DNA from: Mobula hypostoma
Taxonomy: Eukaryota
NCBI RefSeq assembly: GCF_963921235.1
Contig: NC_086097.1
Coordinates: 35,714,001 to 35,778,000, forward strand
Direction: 5' to 3'
DNA: 64,000 nucleotides
The notes below the pieces were generated by a model that saw only the letters and a list, made by a program, of their open reading frames with translations, made no database searches and was not told the DNA's origin. This document shows positions 14,560 to 27,998 of the stretch, one piece after another. Every line of letters starts with the position of its first letter. Position 1 is the first letter of the stretch. The translations under genes were made by a program, and so were the position numbers.

Positions 14560-15350
14560 GGATGACAAGAAGGTGAGTCATCTGTTTTAACCTGAGCCCA
14601 GTGTTCCCACTGTTTGCCTCGCGGGTCTGCACACAAACCAGGTGTCAGGTGTCAGGGGTCAGGGGCACTACCTGTGGTCCGATCCACCACAGAGCAAAAC
14701 CCTCCTCTTCAGGCACCTCCCTTACCATGACTCGGTCACCCGACTGTCTTCTCTCCATCTAGCTCTCTCAGATGAGCAATATGTTGCTCGGTTCCTCAAA
14801 TTTTACCCTGGTTGCAGTGCTTCTTCACATCTGCATAATGTAGCATTTGTAGCTTTTTTCTTCAGTTTGTCATCTCATATTCTTCTTTTGCTTTCTTTGT
14901 CCTGTGATCTGTACTCTTATTCCCTTTCTGCACCTTTCTCTCCCCTTTTTGGCAAGCCTTTACTTTAATTGCTGATACCTCTGCAGGCAGCCACATTGCT
15001 TCTACCAGTTCTTGTCTGTGTTTGGCCCCTACCTTTCAGAGCTCCAGACATGATTCACGAGCATTGCCCCTGCTTGGGACTGCTATTACTCTGTGGGCCA
15101 TGTTGTACGCTCTGTGGGTCACACAAGTTCGCTATCCCTGGGGTTGCCCATGTTATTTCTCCCTTCCCTGAATCTATGATAGTACCTGCTCTCTTCAGCA
15201 TATCTACCCCCAGGAAAGTTCCCGTATTTATTGGGCACACCAAAAAAAAACAGAGGAAGCTGCACTCCCTCAATCTCAAGTACCTGAGGCTCAGTGCTCT
15301 CGGCCCTCATTGTTTCACCCCCTGCCCTGGCAATGTCAACTGCCTCTTCA
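14560..15350 (-). mobile_element. Collapsed retrovirus-like (ERV) pro/RNase H/integrase remnant
   Basis: Minus-strand peptides: FFLVCPINTGTFLGVDMLKRAGTIID (protease C-terminus), VEAMWLPAEVSAIKVKACQKGERKVQKGN (RNase H C-terminus), GDRVMVREVPEEEGFALWWIGPQVV (integrase C-terminus). Confidence 0.55.
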
Positions 15351-15499
15351 GTAACAGCTAGGGGTAGATCTATACTGAATATCTTCTGTCCACTAACATA
15401 TCATATTGCTGCCCCCCTAATAAACCTCTTGTATGACCTGGATGACCATTACTGGTAATGGAGACTACCACCACCTGTTTGCCTGATCTGGATGCTGCC

Positions 15500-16969
15500 C
15501 TCATTAGCCCTATAATCATCCTTGTGAACCTCCCCTGAACCCTCTCCAATGCCAGCACATCTTTTCTTTGACGATGAGCCCAAAACTCTTCATAATACTC
15601 AAGGTGAGGCCTCACCAGTACCTTTTAAAGCCTCAGCATCACATCCCTGCTCTTGTATCCTAGACCTCTTGAAATGAATGCTCACCTTGCATTTGCCTTC
15701 CTCACCACTGACTCCACCTGCAAGTTAACCTTTAAGTTGTTCTGCACAAGGACTCCCAAGTTCGGTTGTATCTCAGGTTTTTGGATTTTCTCCCTGTTTG
15801 GAAAATAGTCCTACTACTAAAGTGTATGACCATGCATTTTCCAACATTGTATTTCACTTGCCACTTTCTTGCCCATTCTCCTAATCTGTCCAAGTCCTTC
15901 TGCAGCCTGTTTCCTCAAACGTACCTGCCTCTCCACCAATCTTCATATCATCTGAAAACTTGGCAAAAAAGTCATCTATTCCATCATCTAAATTACTGAT
16001 GTACAGCTTTAAAGAAGCAGTCCCAACACCGACCCCTGCTGAACACCACTAGTCACTGGCAATCAACCAGACAAGGATCCTTTTATTTCCACTCGCTGCC
16101 TCCTACCAATCAGCCAATGCTCTAACCTTGCCAATAACTTTCCTGTAATATCATGGGCTCTTAACTTGGTAAGAAGCCTCATGTATGGCACCTTGTCAAA
16201 GGCCTTCTGAAAGTCCAATATACAACACCCACTACATCCCCTTTATCTATCCTACTTGTAATCTCCTCAAGGAATTCCATCAGGTTCATCAGGCAAGATT
16301 TTCCCTTAAGGAAACCACGTTGACTTTGTCCTGTCTTGTCCTGTGTCACCAAGTACATCATATCCTCATCCTTAACGATTGACTCCAAAATATTCCCAAC
16401 CACAGAGGTCAGGCTAACTGGTCTATAATTTCCTTTCTTCTGCCTTCCTCCTTTCTTAAAGAGTGGAGTGACATTTGCAATTTTCCAGTCCCCTGGCACC
16501 ATGATTTTTGTAAGATCATTACTAGTGCCTCCATAATCTCTAACGCTACCTCTTTCAGAACCCTAGAGTGCAGTTCATCTGGTCTGAGTGACTCATGTAC
16601 CTTTAGATCTTTCAGCTTTTTGAGTACCTTCTCCCTTGTAGTAATAACTGCACTCACTTCTCCTCCTTCACACAGTACAACACCTGGTACACAGCTAGTG
16701 TCTTCCACAGTGAAGACTGATGTAAAATACTCATTTAATTCATCTGCCATCTCCTTGTTCTCCATTATTATTTCTCCAGCCTCATTTTCTGGTAGTCCTA
16801 TATCCACTCTCATCTCTCTTTTAGTTTTTATATTCTTGAAAAAGTTTTTACTGTCCATCTTGATATTGTTTGCTAGCTTGCTTTCATATTTCATCTTTTC
16901 CCTTCTAATGATTCTTTTGGTTACTCCCTGTAGGCTTTTAAAAGCTTCCCAATCCTCTATCTTCCCACT
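15500..16969 (-). mobile_element. CR1 LINE ORF2 fragment
   Basis: DWKIANVTPLFKKGGRQKKGNYRPVSLTSVVG and GFLKGKSCLMNLMEFLEE. Confidence 0.9.
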
Positions 16970-19863
16970 AAAGGATGCAACAGAACTACAGAAAAGGAGT
17001 TTAGAACGTGAAATGCACAAAATATCCCTGAATGGTGCAAAAAGCCAAAACTATTATCAACTTGGCAAATCCTCCCATGATGCAAATGACTGTTGTTTCA
17101 AAGAAAAAGTCTGCAGAAAGTGTCACAGACAAGCTCACATGGAGGGAGTGTGCAAGGCAGGCAAAAAGCATAACTGAGTGAAGAGTCTCAAACACAAAAA
17201 TTAGTGAATGCATAAAGTTATCAAATGTAAAGCAGAATCAAAGAACGCACAGTCTGTCAAAGGTGAACTGTCATGCCTAGAACTGCATAGTTTTACTGAA
17301 GCAGATCACAATATAATATGGATCACAATAAATGTGTCCGGTGTAAAACTGAAAAGGGAGCTGGATACAGTGTCAGCTTTGTCCATAATTCCAGAGGCTG
17401 ACTACAACACACTGTTTTGTAAGATACCATAACAGAAGACCTCAGTGATGCTAAAGACCTAGACAGGTGAAAATGTGTCCCCCGCAAAGCCAAACTGAAA
17501 GTAAATGTGAAATATGGCGGCCAAACACAACATTAGAAATGTGGAGGGCCAGTATTTTTCGGCCATGAATAGTTGCGAAAAACCCAACTAGATTGGCACT
17601 CAATCAAAGATCTCAGTGTGACATCAACAGGCAACTGCAGCACAAATGGTAGCACTAACTGTCACAGATTGTTAATACTAAGCAGAAGGTGTTTGAGAAA
17701 GGAATAGATGAACAGATTGAAAACTTGGTCAAAAGCTATTCTCGATGCCAAAAAGTTCAAAATGCACCCCCACAGGCATCGTTACGCATGGCAAAGAGTA
17801 CATATTGACTTTGTTGGGCCATTCATGTACTCCATGTTCCTGATTGTTGTGGATGCTCATTCGAAGTCGGCAGAGATCATACCAATGAAATCAACCACCT
17901 CAGCAAAGACTGCCTCTGCTTAGAGGACTATCTTAGCCAGAAATGGCTTACCAGAGTGACAACGGACCACAATACATGTCAGAAGCATTCTGACTGTTCA
18001 TAAAGAAGTATGGCATCAGACATTTTGAGTCAGCTCCTCACCATCCAGCAACGAGTGGACTAGCTGGAAGATTTATCCAAACCTTCAGCTGTGGAGAAGG
18101 AGGACATTTCTCTACACCAGAACTCTGTTCATGCGATGACAAATCAAACACCTGCAATGCTGTTTGTGAGCAGGAATCTGAAATCTCGCATAGACCTTCT
18201 GAAACCAGATCTACGAAAGGGAATACAGAATAAACAATTTAACCAGTTGCCAAGTGAAGCAGCAAGGAACTTCAACATTGGACAGGAAGTCCTAGTGTGT
18301 GATTACTGGGAAGATAAGTGAACACACCTGTAGGACAGCTACAAGAACTGGACCACTGATGTATACAGTGGACGCTGGAGATCAGACATGGAGAAATCAT
18401 GTGGACCAGATACAGGGTGTTCAACTGAAGAACACACCTGCGTTGATTGCATCCAACAAGATGGACACATTACAGTTACCAGACTTACCTCTCAGTGATG
18501 ATGTCACTGACAGCAACATGACACTGGAAACCGAGAACGTTGTCTTAGACGAGACACTTACTAAACCCAATGCCCCCCACAGGCCCAAAGGAGTGACTAG
18601 AATGTTATCGTTGACAAGACACCTACGAAACCTGATGCCACTCCACAGGTCCAGAGGCACTATCCTGAAAGAAACAGAGTGCCACCTGCGACAACAGACC
18701 AAGTTATCAGAAGATTGATGCCGATAAGAGGACAATGGGGGAACATTTAGAAATGTTAATGGGGGACGAGAGAGATTAACGAAAAGGAGACACAGTTCCG
18801 AGTATTGTCAAGACCAGTTGCTTTGAACCTGAACTGTTTGAAGTTTGATGGACAGGCGATATCCCAGCAGGGGGATAAAAGGAACAGGTTTGCTAAGGCA
18901 AAGGACACACCAAGACACACCACGACACCACGAGGTAACGAGACCTTGGAAGCGGTGTGTCCCCACAAGTTGGAGAGAGCTTAGGAGGTCTGGTCGCGGG
19001 ACCAACCATAGACGCACTGGGTGGAAAGGTACGGTCGGCGGGAACCCGGTGTGTGTGTCCGCCCTTGCCTGGGTGCCGGGTTCACCGCAGAAGAACAATC
19101 GTATCTGGAATGGAGGGGTCACAGTCGGTGACCTCAGAAAACACTACAAAGGGCTCGCCCGAAAGTTAACTGCAAGGAATATCGAAGGTCTGTTTGGAAT
19201 CCGATTTGCATATTCATTCGCTCTCTCTCCCTCCCCAACGGCACAACAGCGATTACTGCGAACTTAACTAAGTTGAACAAACTCTGTGTCACTTGAGACT
19301 GATCATTTTACCCCTAGACTGCGATAGAGCTTAATTGATCCTATTATCCTAGTTCTGTGTACATGTGTGTTTTATCATTGCTAACCTGTTGCATTTATAT
19401 CCTTATGATTAGAGTACTGTGTGCTTCTTTCTTTAATAAAACTTTCTTAGTTCCAGTAATCCAGACTCCAACTAAGTGGTCCATTTCTGCTGGTTTGGCA
19501 ACCCAGTTACGGGGTACGTAACACACCCAAAAGTCTGAATCTTTAGAACTGTGAATTTAGTTACTGTCAATGCATGTTTATTTGGAATAAGGGTTTATGA
19601 AAGGGAAATTGAATGTTTTCTACATATACAGTTTTATCTTGCATTAATCTAAAGGGAAAGAAGTATAAAGTATGGACCTATTTCTTTTAGAGCAATGACA
19701 CTCCCCTAAGCACTACGTATCAATTTGTTGTCTTCACATGTGCATTGCTCTCTCCCTCTTGTTGCAACATGAATACACCAGTTAAAGCCACACCCCACGT
19801 CCAGCCCGCCCTCCGTAAGTGTGCTTTTATTTAATTGATATGTAGTTGGGTGCAAACACAACA
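16970..19863 (+). mobile_element. Decayed Gypsy element (gag C-terminus, protease, integrase; RT/RNase H missing) with 3' LTR at about 19664-19863
   Basis: Knuckle CRKCHRQAHMEGVC; protease LDTVSALSII; integrase WQRVHIDFVGPF...VVDAHSK; PPT aaagggaaagaag at 19651-19663. Confidence 0.8.
18687..19523 (+). mobile_element. Solo LTR of the Gmr1-like family (variant U3)
   Basis: TG...CA ends; CACC TSD at 18683-18686 and 19524-19527; 3' part is the reverse complement of the 32762 LTR. Confidence 0.9.
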
Positions 19864-20335
19864 CTCCTCATCTCTCCTCAACACACCTAATTCACCATTC
19901 TCTGACTAAAGAAATCCCTCCTCATCTCCGTTCTAAAAGGACACCCCTCTATTCTGAGGCTGTGTCCTCTGGTCTTAGATTCTCCCACAAAAGGAAACAT
20001 CCATTCCACATCCACTGTATCAAGGCCTTTCACCATTCAATAGGTTTCAATTAGATTACTTCTCATTATTCTGAATTATACTGAATACAGGCAAAAAGCC
20101 ATCAAACACTCTTCATATGAAATCCTGGAATCATTTTCATGAGCGTCCTTTGAATCCTCTCCAGTTTCAGCACATCCTTTCTAAGATAAGGGGCACAAAA
20201 CTGTTCACAATACTCCAAGTGAGGCATCCCTGGTGTTTTAGAAAGTCCTACCATTACATTCGTGCTTTTATATTCTAGTTCTATTGAAATGAATGCTAAC
20301 TTTGCATTTGCCTTCTTCACTACAGACTCAACCTT
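19864..20335 (-). mobile_element. CR1 3' fragment
   Basis: PHLEYCEQFCAPYLRKDVLKLERIQR. Confidence 0.85.
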
Positions 20336-20801
20336 TCTCTGGTGTGGCCCATTACGGAGTGACAAATTCCCTTACTGGCTTTCAAAAAGGAAATCAGTCA
20401 TTGGCCTTGCAGTGGCAGTTTCCCTCCTACCTGCTAAAAGTGGATGATGCCAAATGTGTTTGTCAGGGGATTACTCACTCTGTGCCTTGTTCTCTCACCA
20501 GTATAGGCATCTGTTAGTCTCGTGAGAACATGGATTTTCGCCTTGGAAGGTTTCCAGGGTGCAGGCCTGGGCAAGGTTGTATGGAAGACTGGCAGTTGCC
20601 CATGCTGCAAGTCTTCCCTCTCCACACCACTGATGTTGTTCAAGGGAAGAGAACTAGGGCCGATATAGCTTGGCACTGGTGTCGTCACAGAGCAATGTGT
20701 GGTTAGGTGCTTTGCTCAAGGACACAACACGCTGCCTCAGCTGAGGCTTGAACTAGCGACCTTCAGATCACCAGACCGACGCCTTAACCACTTGGCCACC
20801 A
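20336..20801 (-). mobile_element. tRNA-derived SINE
   Basis: Minus strand starts TGGTGGCCAAGTGGTTAAGGCG (A box), then GTTCAAGCC (B box), then a GTGTCCTTGAGCAA-type SINE body. Confidence 0.7.
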
Positions 20802-20960
20802 GTGATCCTTCCTTTTTTTCTGGACCAATCTGCTGCATGCTTGTAGCAAACAGAAAAGTGAAGTCCTTGCACTGATTGGAGAACATAGTGGTATGCTCCG
20901 AATCTGGTGGAGACTTTGACTATATTTTGAGGTTAGCCTTGATGTTCTCTGCAGTGATTC

Positions 20961-23900
20961 TATCAGAAAATGTCGAAGAGGCTTAACCCAAAAGCAGAGC
21001 AGTGGAGACGATTTAGCAGTGAGTAGTAAATTTAATAATAAACTGCAAAATTTCAACCCAAGAGGGGTCATGAAACAAGAGCGAACAGGTACTAAACACC
21101 ATAGGCAACATGGTAACTGAAGGCTAGGAGTAATTGGTTGAGGCTGGCTGGATGGACGAGTAAACAAGGGCTGTAGATGAGGGCTGGGTTTAAATAGTCT
21201 TGAGTTGGAAATGAGTGGTTGGTGATTCCTGTTAGCTGGGTGGAGACTGACGTGCCTGCCTGTGCAAGCCTGATGGGACCCACAACCCCCATGTCTGGCA
21301 CCCAACTGCCCACAACGATCCAGGTAGGTCCAGTGGAACTCCTCGATGAGCAATGTATCCAAGAAGAAACTGGATGGCACACAAGATGTCTCCTCCGGGT
21401 CATACCCTTCTCAGTTTACCAGGTTCCAGCGAACCGTCTACACTGGACCACCTTCCACCATTCTAGGTTCTGGAGGCGCAGCCTCAGCTTGGTGGGTAGT
21501 CCACAGACAAAGGGGTTGAGGCAGGACACATGGAAGGAAGGTGTGATCATCAGGGCAGAGGCAGCTGGAGGGGGTAAGTGACTGGACGGATGCAAGGAGT
21601 AATCTTGAGGGGACAAACGAACTGGGGTGAGAGCTTACGGAAGTCGGTGCACATGGGGCAGATCTCAGGTGGACAGCCAGAAACTATCACCAGGCTCGAA
21701 TAGTCTGACTTGGTGATGCCAGCATTGGTCTGGTGGCAGTAGACACAGTTGGCAGCTAGGATGGCCCTCTGTACCCTCTTCCAAGCATTCTGGCAGCGGT
21801 AAACCAGGGACCTGGCTGATGGGACCTCCACCATTGGCTCCTCTGCAGGGAACAACTGGGGTGGTAGCCATGAAGCTCTGCAAAGGTTGAGATACGCATG
21901 GCAGAGGAGGTGTGTAAATTGTGGGACTACTTGGCCCAGAGCAGATACTTCTTCCATCTGGAAGGGTTAGAGGTGGTGAAGCATTGTAGACATTTCTCCA
22001 CTTTCTGATTGGCTCTTTCCAACTGACCGCTGGTCTGCAGAACACAAACTCACTGAGGTGTGGAGGAAGTGAGCAGAATGCTCACCAGAAGTGAGAGATG
22101 AATTGTGGGCCTCATCCTACCCAACGTCCTGAGGGAAGCAGTGGACGCAGAATACATTTTGGAAAACAAGGTCCAACTTATCAGTGGCTGATGGAAGTTT
22201 GAGGAGGGCAATGAAGTGGGCCACCTTGGATAACTGGTCCACCACTGTCATAATCACCGTGGTCCCAAAGGAAGGTGGCAAATTCCATGATGAAATCCAT
22301 CCTGATGTGGACAATGGGCACCAAGGAACCAATTGGGACCACAGGAGTCCATAGGGCCACTAGTTGGTGGAATTGGACCAGGCACATTGAGGGCAGGCAG
22401 TAACAAATGGACATACATCTGTGATTATGGTGGGCCATTAGAATCATAGATTCTCGTACGCCTGCATGGCCGGAAAGGGGTTAGGAGGGAGCCCACTGGA
22501 GTGCCTCATAACACACAGCGGCCAGCATGTAGATGCGGGTGTTAGGGGTGTTGACTGGAGCAGACTCGTGTTGTAGTGCCTGGCGGGTCCAGTTCTGAAG
22601 ACCCCAGATGATCAGGACAAGGATCTGGGAGGATGGAATGGTGGGCTGAGGGTTGAACTGTCATGACAGGGGTGACTGCCTTAATGTTCTTGGATCCGGG
22701 TCAGTAAGAGGTGATGATTGAATTGCTCAAAGAAGAGGGCCCAGCAAGCCGGGCGTGGGTTGAGTAGGTGGGTATGTTAAATCGATATGAGGCTCTTATG
22801 GTCAGTCCAGCTCAGGAAGGTTTGGTATTTTCCATCAGCCAATGTCTCCATTCCTCCAAGGCTCATTTAATGGTGAGTAGCTCCCTGTTTCCTACGCTAT
22901 AATAGCACTGTGTAGAATTGAACATGCATGAGAAGAAAGTGGAATCGTGTGTCTTCCCATGTGATCCTCGCTGGGAGAGGATTGACCACATCAGATGCGT
23001 GCACCTTTACCACAGAGTTCCAGCCTGAAACATTGACTCATCGTTTCCACAGATGCTGCCCAGCCTGCTGAGTTCCTCCAGCACATTGTGAGTGTTCCTT
23101 TACCACAGAAGGTCTGGATAGGCTCAGATGGCGGGGAACAGAGTGGTGGTGAAGTGTCTCGTAAGCTCCTCGAAAGTGTGGTCTGTGGCAGCAGACATGT
23201 TATCCATGAGGTAGGTGACTTGGTGAGGGAGGTGAAAGGAACAGCAAATTGGCTGTACTTATGGGTGAAATAGGGCTAGAGGTTGGAGTAGCTGTTTGAG
23301 GGAGTGTGGTCAGGGCCATTCAACAATGGGGCATACTTTCTCTGGGTCAATGGTTATGCCTTGGGGTGAAAGGATGTAACCCAGGAAGGGAATGACTGAA
23401 GTGTGGAACTGGTATTTTTCGAACTTGCAGTGCAGTTGGTTTTTGAGGAGATGCTGAAGGACTGAAGGAGTGTGGACTTGGACGTTCTTGGAGACAATGA
23501 GGATATCCTCAAGGTAGATGAACACATAGCTGTGTAACATGTCTTGGAGGATCTCATTAATAAGCATTTGGAAAATGGCTTTTCAGTTGGGAAGTCCAAA
23601 TGGCATCACCAGGTATCTGTAGTGACCAGTGGGTGTTATAAACACTATCTCCCACTCATCCCCTGGCAGTTGCACATCAGGTTGTACACGCTCCGTAGGT
23701 CCATTTTGGTGAAGATCCAGGCTTCCTGGAGTGTTTTCAATGCACTGTCTATCAAGGTGAGAGGACAGCAGTTCTAATGGTGATTCTGTTGAGTCCATGG
23801 TAGTGGAAGCAAGGACGAGGACCCCCATCTTTCCTTTTGACAAAGAAGAATCCTGCACTGGCTAGGGGCTAGGATGGTTGAATGAAGACATACTGTTGCG

Positions 23901-25763
23901 CTTCGGTGATGTAGTCATTCATGGCTTTGGTCTCAGGAGGTGAGGGGGAAAACAGATGACCTCAAGGAGGGGTGGTGCCCAGAGGAGGTCAAATGAGCAA
24001 TCGCGTGTTCTATAAGATGGCAGGGTACCGGCATCCCCCTTCCTGAAGTCATGGTATTCCTGTGGGAGTTTGCTGAAGTTAAGGGTTTCCTGCGTCTCCA
24101 TAGATTTAAAGGGTGAAGTCGAATGAGGTTGCAAGCAGGTGGCCCAGCAGGTGAGTCCCCAAATTAACAGTGAACTGGATGACTTGGTGGAGTCAGGATT
24201 ATGAATGGAAAACAAGGGGTAATCCAAGATGAGAGGAGTGTTGTGTGAGCTGATCATGAGGAAGTAGAAAGGCTGGCGGTACCCCCTGATGCTCCTGCGT
24301 ACAGGACTCGTACGTGCTCTGACCACCACAGACCCCAAAGGATGTCCGCCCCTGGCTGTGATGCAGAAGGGGTGAGAGATGGGCTCAGTAGGAAGTCCAG
24401 GCCTGCACACTCAGAGTCCAGTCCGGAAAGTTGTCTGCTGCACCGGAATCTGCCAGAGCCTCCTGTGCGCACAGAGCCATCAGGATGTGAAGGACCAGAG
24501 AGGGTGTGAGTTGGGCTACAGGGCTGCAAAGAGGGTAGGGGGGAGATTAGCAGACAGAAGGCCCCTCATCTCTACCTGGTTGTGCAGCTTCCTGGATGCA
24601 GTTAGCATTTGAATGATTGGTGGTCAGCTGCACCGCGGTAGGGTCACAAGTTATCTGTTACCGATGTTCCCACTCTTAGGGCACGAAGGGAGTGCTCCCT
24701 AGCTGTCTGGGTTCTGCAGACATTGCTGGGATGTTTCTGAGAATGGAACTGGGGGTCAGGCTGATGACCTGGAGGGCCGTTCCATAAGCCACTTGTCAAT
24801 TCGGAGGGCCGGAGTGATGAGTCTTGAGGTCGGCTGACACCTCCCGGGTACACAGCTCATCTTTCAAGCACTATGAGAGACCGTGATGGTAATGGGTCAG
24901 CAGCGCGTCTACGTTCCAGCCGCACTCTCCCATGAGGGTCCTGAATTTCATGGTGTAATTCAACACTGAGCATGAGTGTTGACACAGGCAAAGTGTCTGA
25001 TCCTCTGCTTCCTTTCCATTTCCCAGATGGCCAAAAACCTGGCACTTCTTAGTAGTGAAATTCTCATATCTGTTGCAAATGTGGATTCTTACTGTCCCAG
25101 TTAACGGCAGCCCAGATCAAATCTTGAACAGTCAAGAGAGAGATAATGAAGGCAATCTTGGCTTTGTCTGGAGCTTGAAGTGCAAGATGCACTGGGACAG
25201 AAAGTTGCCGCTTTGGGTTGGGAAGCCATTGAAGCATTCAAGCACTGGAATTTGGGGCTTCAAGGGGGGGGGGGGAGGCTGACTGGCGCAGGGTTGCTGC
25301 ATTGAGGCAGAGAGTTGGTTGAGAGTGGTGAGCAGATGGTCAATGGTTTCCTGTTGCTCCTGGATCGTCTGCTCATGTCAGCAGACGAGGCCCTTTCGGC
25401 AAGCAAACTCTGCTGGGTCAATCGCGGGTTCACTCATCTTGTGGGGAAATGTAAAGGATGCTTGCTACAAAAGTGGTGTAGCAGAAATGATTTAGCAGTA
25501 AGCGACAACTTTAAGAATAAACTGCAAAATAATAAGCCACAAGGTTCCATTAGCCAGAGAGAACAGATACTAATCACCACAAGCAACAAGATAACTGAAA
25601 GCCAGGAGCTACTGTTTAAGGCTGGCCGGCCTGATGAGTAAAGAAGGACTGTGGTTGGGAGCTGGGTTTAAATAGGCTGCAGGTTATGAGTTGGAAAGGA
25701 GTGGCAGGTGATTCCTGTTAGCTGGGTGGAGACTGGGAGGCGCCTGCTTGTTCAACCTTGACA
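20961..25763 (-). mobile_element. Full-length decayed chromodomain-bearing Gypsy (Sushi/chromovirus-like)
   Basis: Diverged LTRs at about 20961-21275 and 25440-25763; GATTC TSD at 20956-20960 and 25764-25768; RT YLVMPFGLPN and VFIYLEDILI; integrase VVDQLSKVAHFIAL; chromodomain YLVN*EGYDPEETSCVP. Confidence 0.85.
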
Positions 25764-26589
25764 GATTCAGATTTTCAGGCAACATTCATTATAGCAGTGC
25801 ACTGCAGCAGTGTGAGCGAAACCATGTGAGAGCTAGGCAAAGAGGGAGTGGCTATTCTCCCCAAACATCCACCCCAATCACCACAATATTAACTCCTTCA
25901 GTAACAGAAAGATTCCATTGGTGTGACAATTGAGATTCCACTTCAAAATATTCAGATTCAGATTTACTTATTGCATGTACTTTGAAATATACAGCGATTT
26001 GCATTAACAACCAAATAATGTAAGGATGTGCTGAGGACAGCTTTCATTGTCGCCATAGATTCCAACACCACTTCTGGGCTGTCCCCAGCATATTCCATCC
26101 CCATTCTCATTATTTACTACCCCTCTCCCTCATCCCTGTACCTGAACCCTAACCTGACCCACTACTCCACTCTCTGTCCCCAAAACCATCACTACAAACC
26201 TAAAGAGCAACTGAGTCTGAAGCATAACGTTGACAGACATCGCAGCTTAGCGCCACCTTGACTGGAATAAACCTCTTTATATTTGACTCGCTAAAGGTTC
26301 CTCACTGTAAGTTTTAGTATATGTTTTGAATGGTGTTTCAGTGGTCTACAGAGAGTGCAGTCAGATGTCGTGCCTCAGAAGTGTAAAGTTGCATGAAGTG
26401 CTCAAAGTGGATCTGTGAATGAATGACACAAGTGATAATTTGCAACCAAAACGTCCCAATTTATCCCATTAAAGACGGAGACCAAATGCATTAATGAAGT
26501 GATTAAACTGCATGGTTGGGAAATCCTTTCTATGTGCAAGTTTCAAATAAATATTCCATGGAAGTGCCCAACAAATGTGTTTTCTGCTA

Positions 26590-27998
26590 AAAATGGGTGC
26601 AGAGTTGGCACCAGCGGTTTTTGCAGACCTTGGCGACTTCTTACAGCTCGTTGGTGAAGCAGCTTATTTATCCTTCTTTCCTCGTGTCCCTTTTTTCTCT
26701 TCTAGGTGGCTGGGGTGCTGTCAGAGTCTGTGATCTACAGCTGCAATTCAAACTACGCTCTCCGCGAGCGGGTTCTTGGACTAGCCGTGCAATCTGGCAT
26801 TTCGGCATCTCCAGGTGCGGCCTTGATGACATGTGCCTTCGTGGACTGTCCGGTTCTTCATCGGTGTTGCTGACTGAAATGTTGCGGGAGAATGAAACGG
26901 TGCGTGCTGCTGTCGGAAGAAGGCTCCTGCACTCGAGCGATCCTCTCTCTTTCTCTTTTGATGGTGAGGGAGAACCTGTCAGCTCTCGACTCAAGGGACT
27001 TGGAGAAACGACATGGATGACTGTAACACCAAAACAGCAAGCCGCTGCTAGACCCCTGCACTCATTTGTTGAGGAGCAACATTTATCTCCCTTGCCAGTG
27101 AGAGGGAGATGAGGTTGAGTACAGGGCTATGGTAGGAAACTTTGTCACATGGTGTGAGCAGAATTATCTGCAGCTTAATGTGAAAAAGACTGAGGAGCTG
27201 GTGGTAGACCTGAGGAGAACTAAGGTACCGGTGACCCCTGTTTCCATCCAGGGGGTCAGTGTGGACATGGTGGAGGATTACAAATACCTGGGGATACGAA
27301 TTGACAATAAACTGGACTGGTCAAAGAACACTGAGGCTGTCTACAAGAAGGGTCAGAGCCGTCTCTGTTTCCTGAGGAGACTGAGGTCCTTTAACATCTG
27401 CCAGACGATGCTGAGGATGTTCTACAAGTCTGTGGTGGCCAGTGCGATCATGTTTGCTGTTGTGTGCTGGGGCAGCAGGCTGAGGGTAGCAGACACCAAC
27501 AGAATCAACAAACTCATTCGTAAGGCCAGTGATGTTGTGGGGATGGAACTGGACTCTCTCACAGTGGTGTCTGAAAAGAGGATGCTGTCTAAGTTGCATG
27601 CCATCTTGGACAATGTCTCCCATCCATTGCATAATGTACTGAGTGGGCACAGGAGTACATTCAGCCAGAGACTCATTCCACCGAGATGCAGCACAGAGCA
27701 TCAAAGTATGACTATGACTATGACTATGACTATGACAGAGAGCCTGTCTGAGATACCGAAGTGTTGGGACAGACTGTAGATTTTTAATGGAATCTAGATC
27801 ATAGTCTCTTTGGGAGCTTTGCGTGGTGGGGTAAGGAGTCAGTTCTTTTGCTGGAACAAGTGGGGGGAAAGGGTCTTTGCGGTTCTGACATTTCTGTCAT
27901 TCATTCTTTGGGGTTTTTTTTCCTGTTTTGTGGATGTCTGCAAAGAATAAGACTTTCAGGTTGTACACTGTATACTTTCTCTGATACTAAATTGAACC
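26590..27998 (+). mobile_element. Unclassified non-coding retroposon-like element interrupted by a Rex1 copy
   Basis: 3' end (gaataagactttcaggttgtac...aaattgaacc) resembles the 3' ends of 5961-6765 and 51395-51838. Confidence 0.45.
27105..27736 (+). mobile_element. Young 5'-truncated Rex1/Babar LINE
   Basis: Open 216-aa ORF (WCEQNYLQLNVKKTEELVVDLRR...YKYLGIRIDNKLDWS) ending in an (ACTATG)n tail. Confidence 0.9.

Noticed and set aside
20720..20801. tRNA gene (also 46996-47065)
   Set aside because: A and B boxes continue into a SINE body; no convincing cloverleaf
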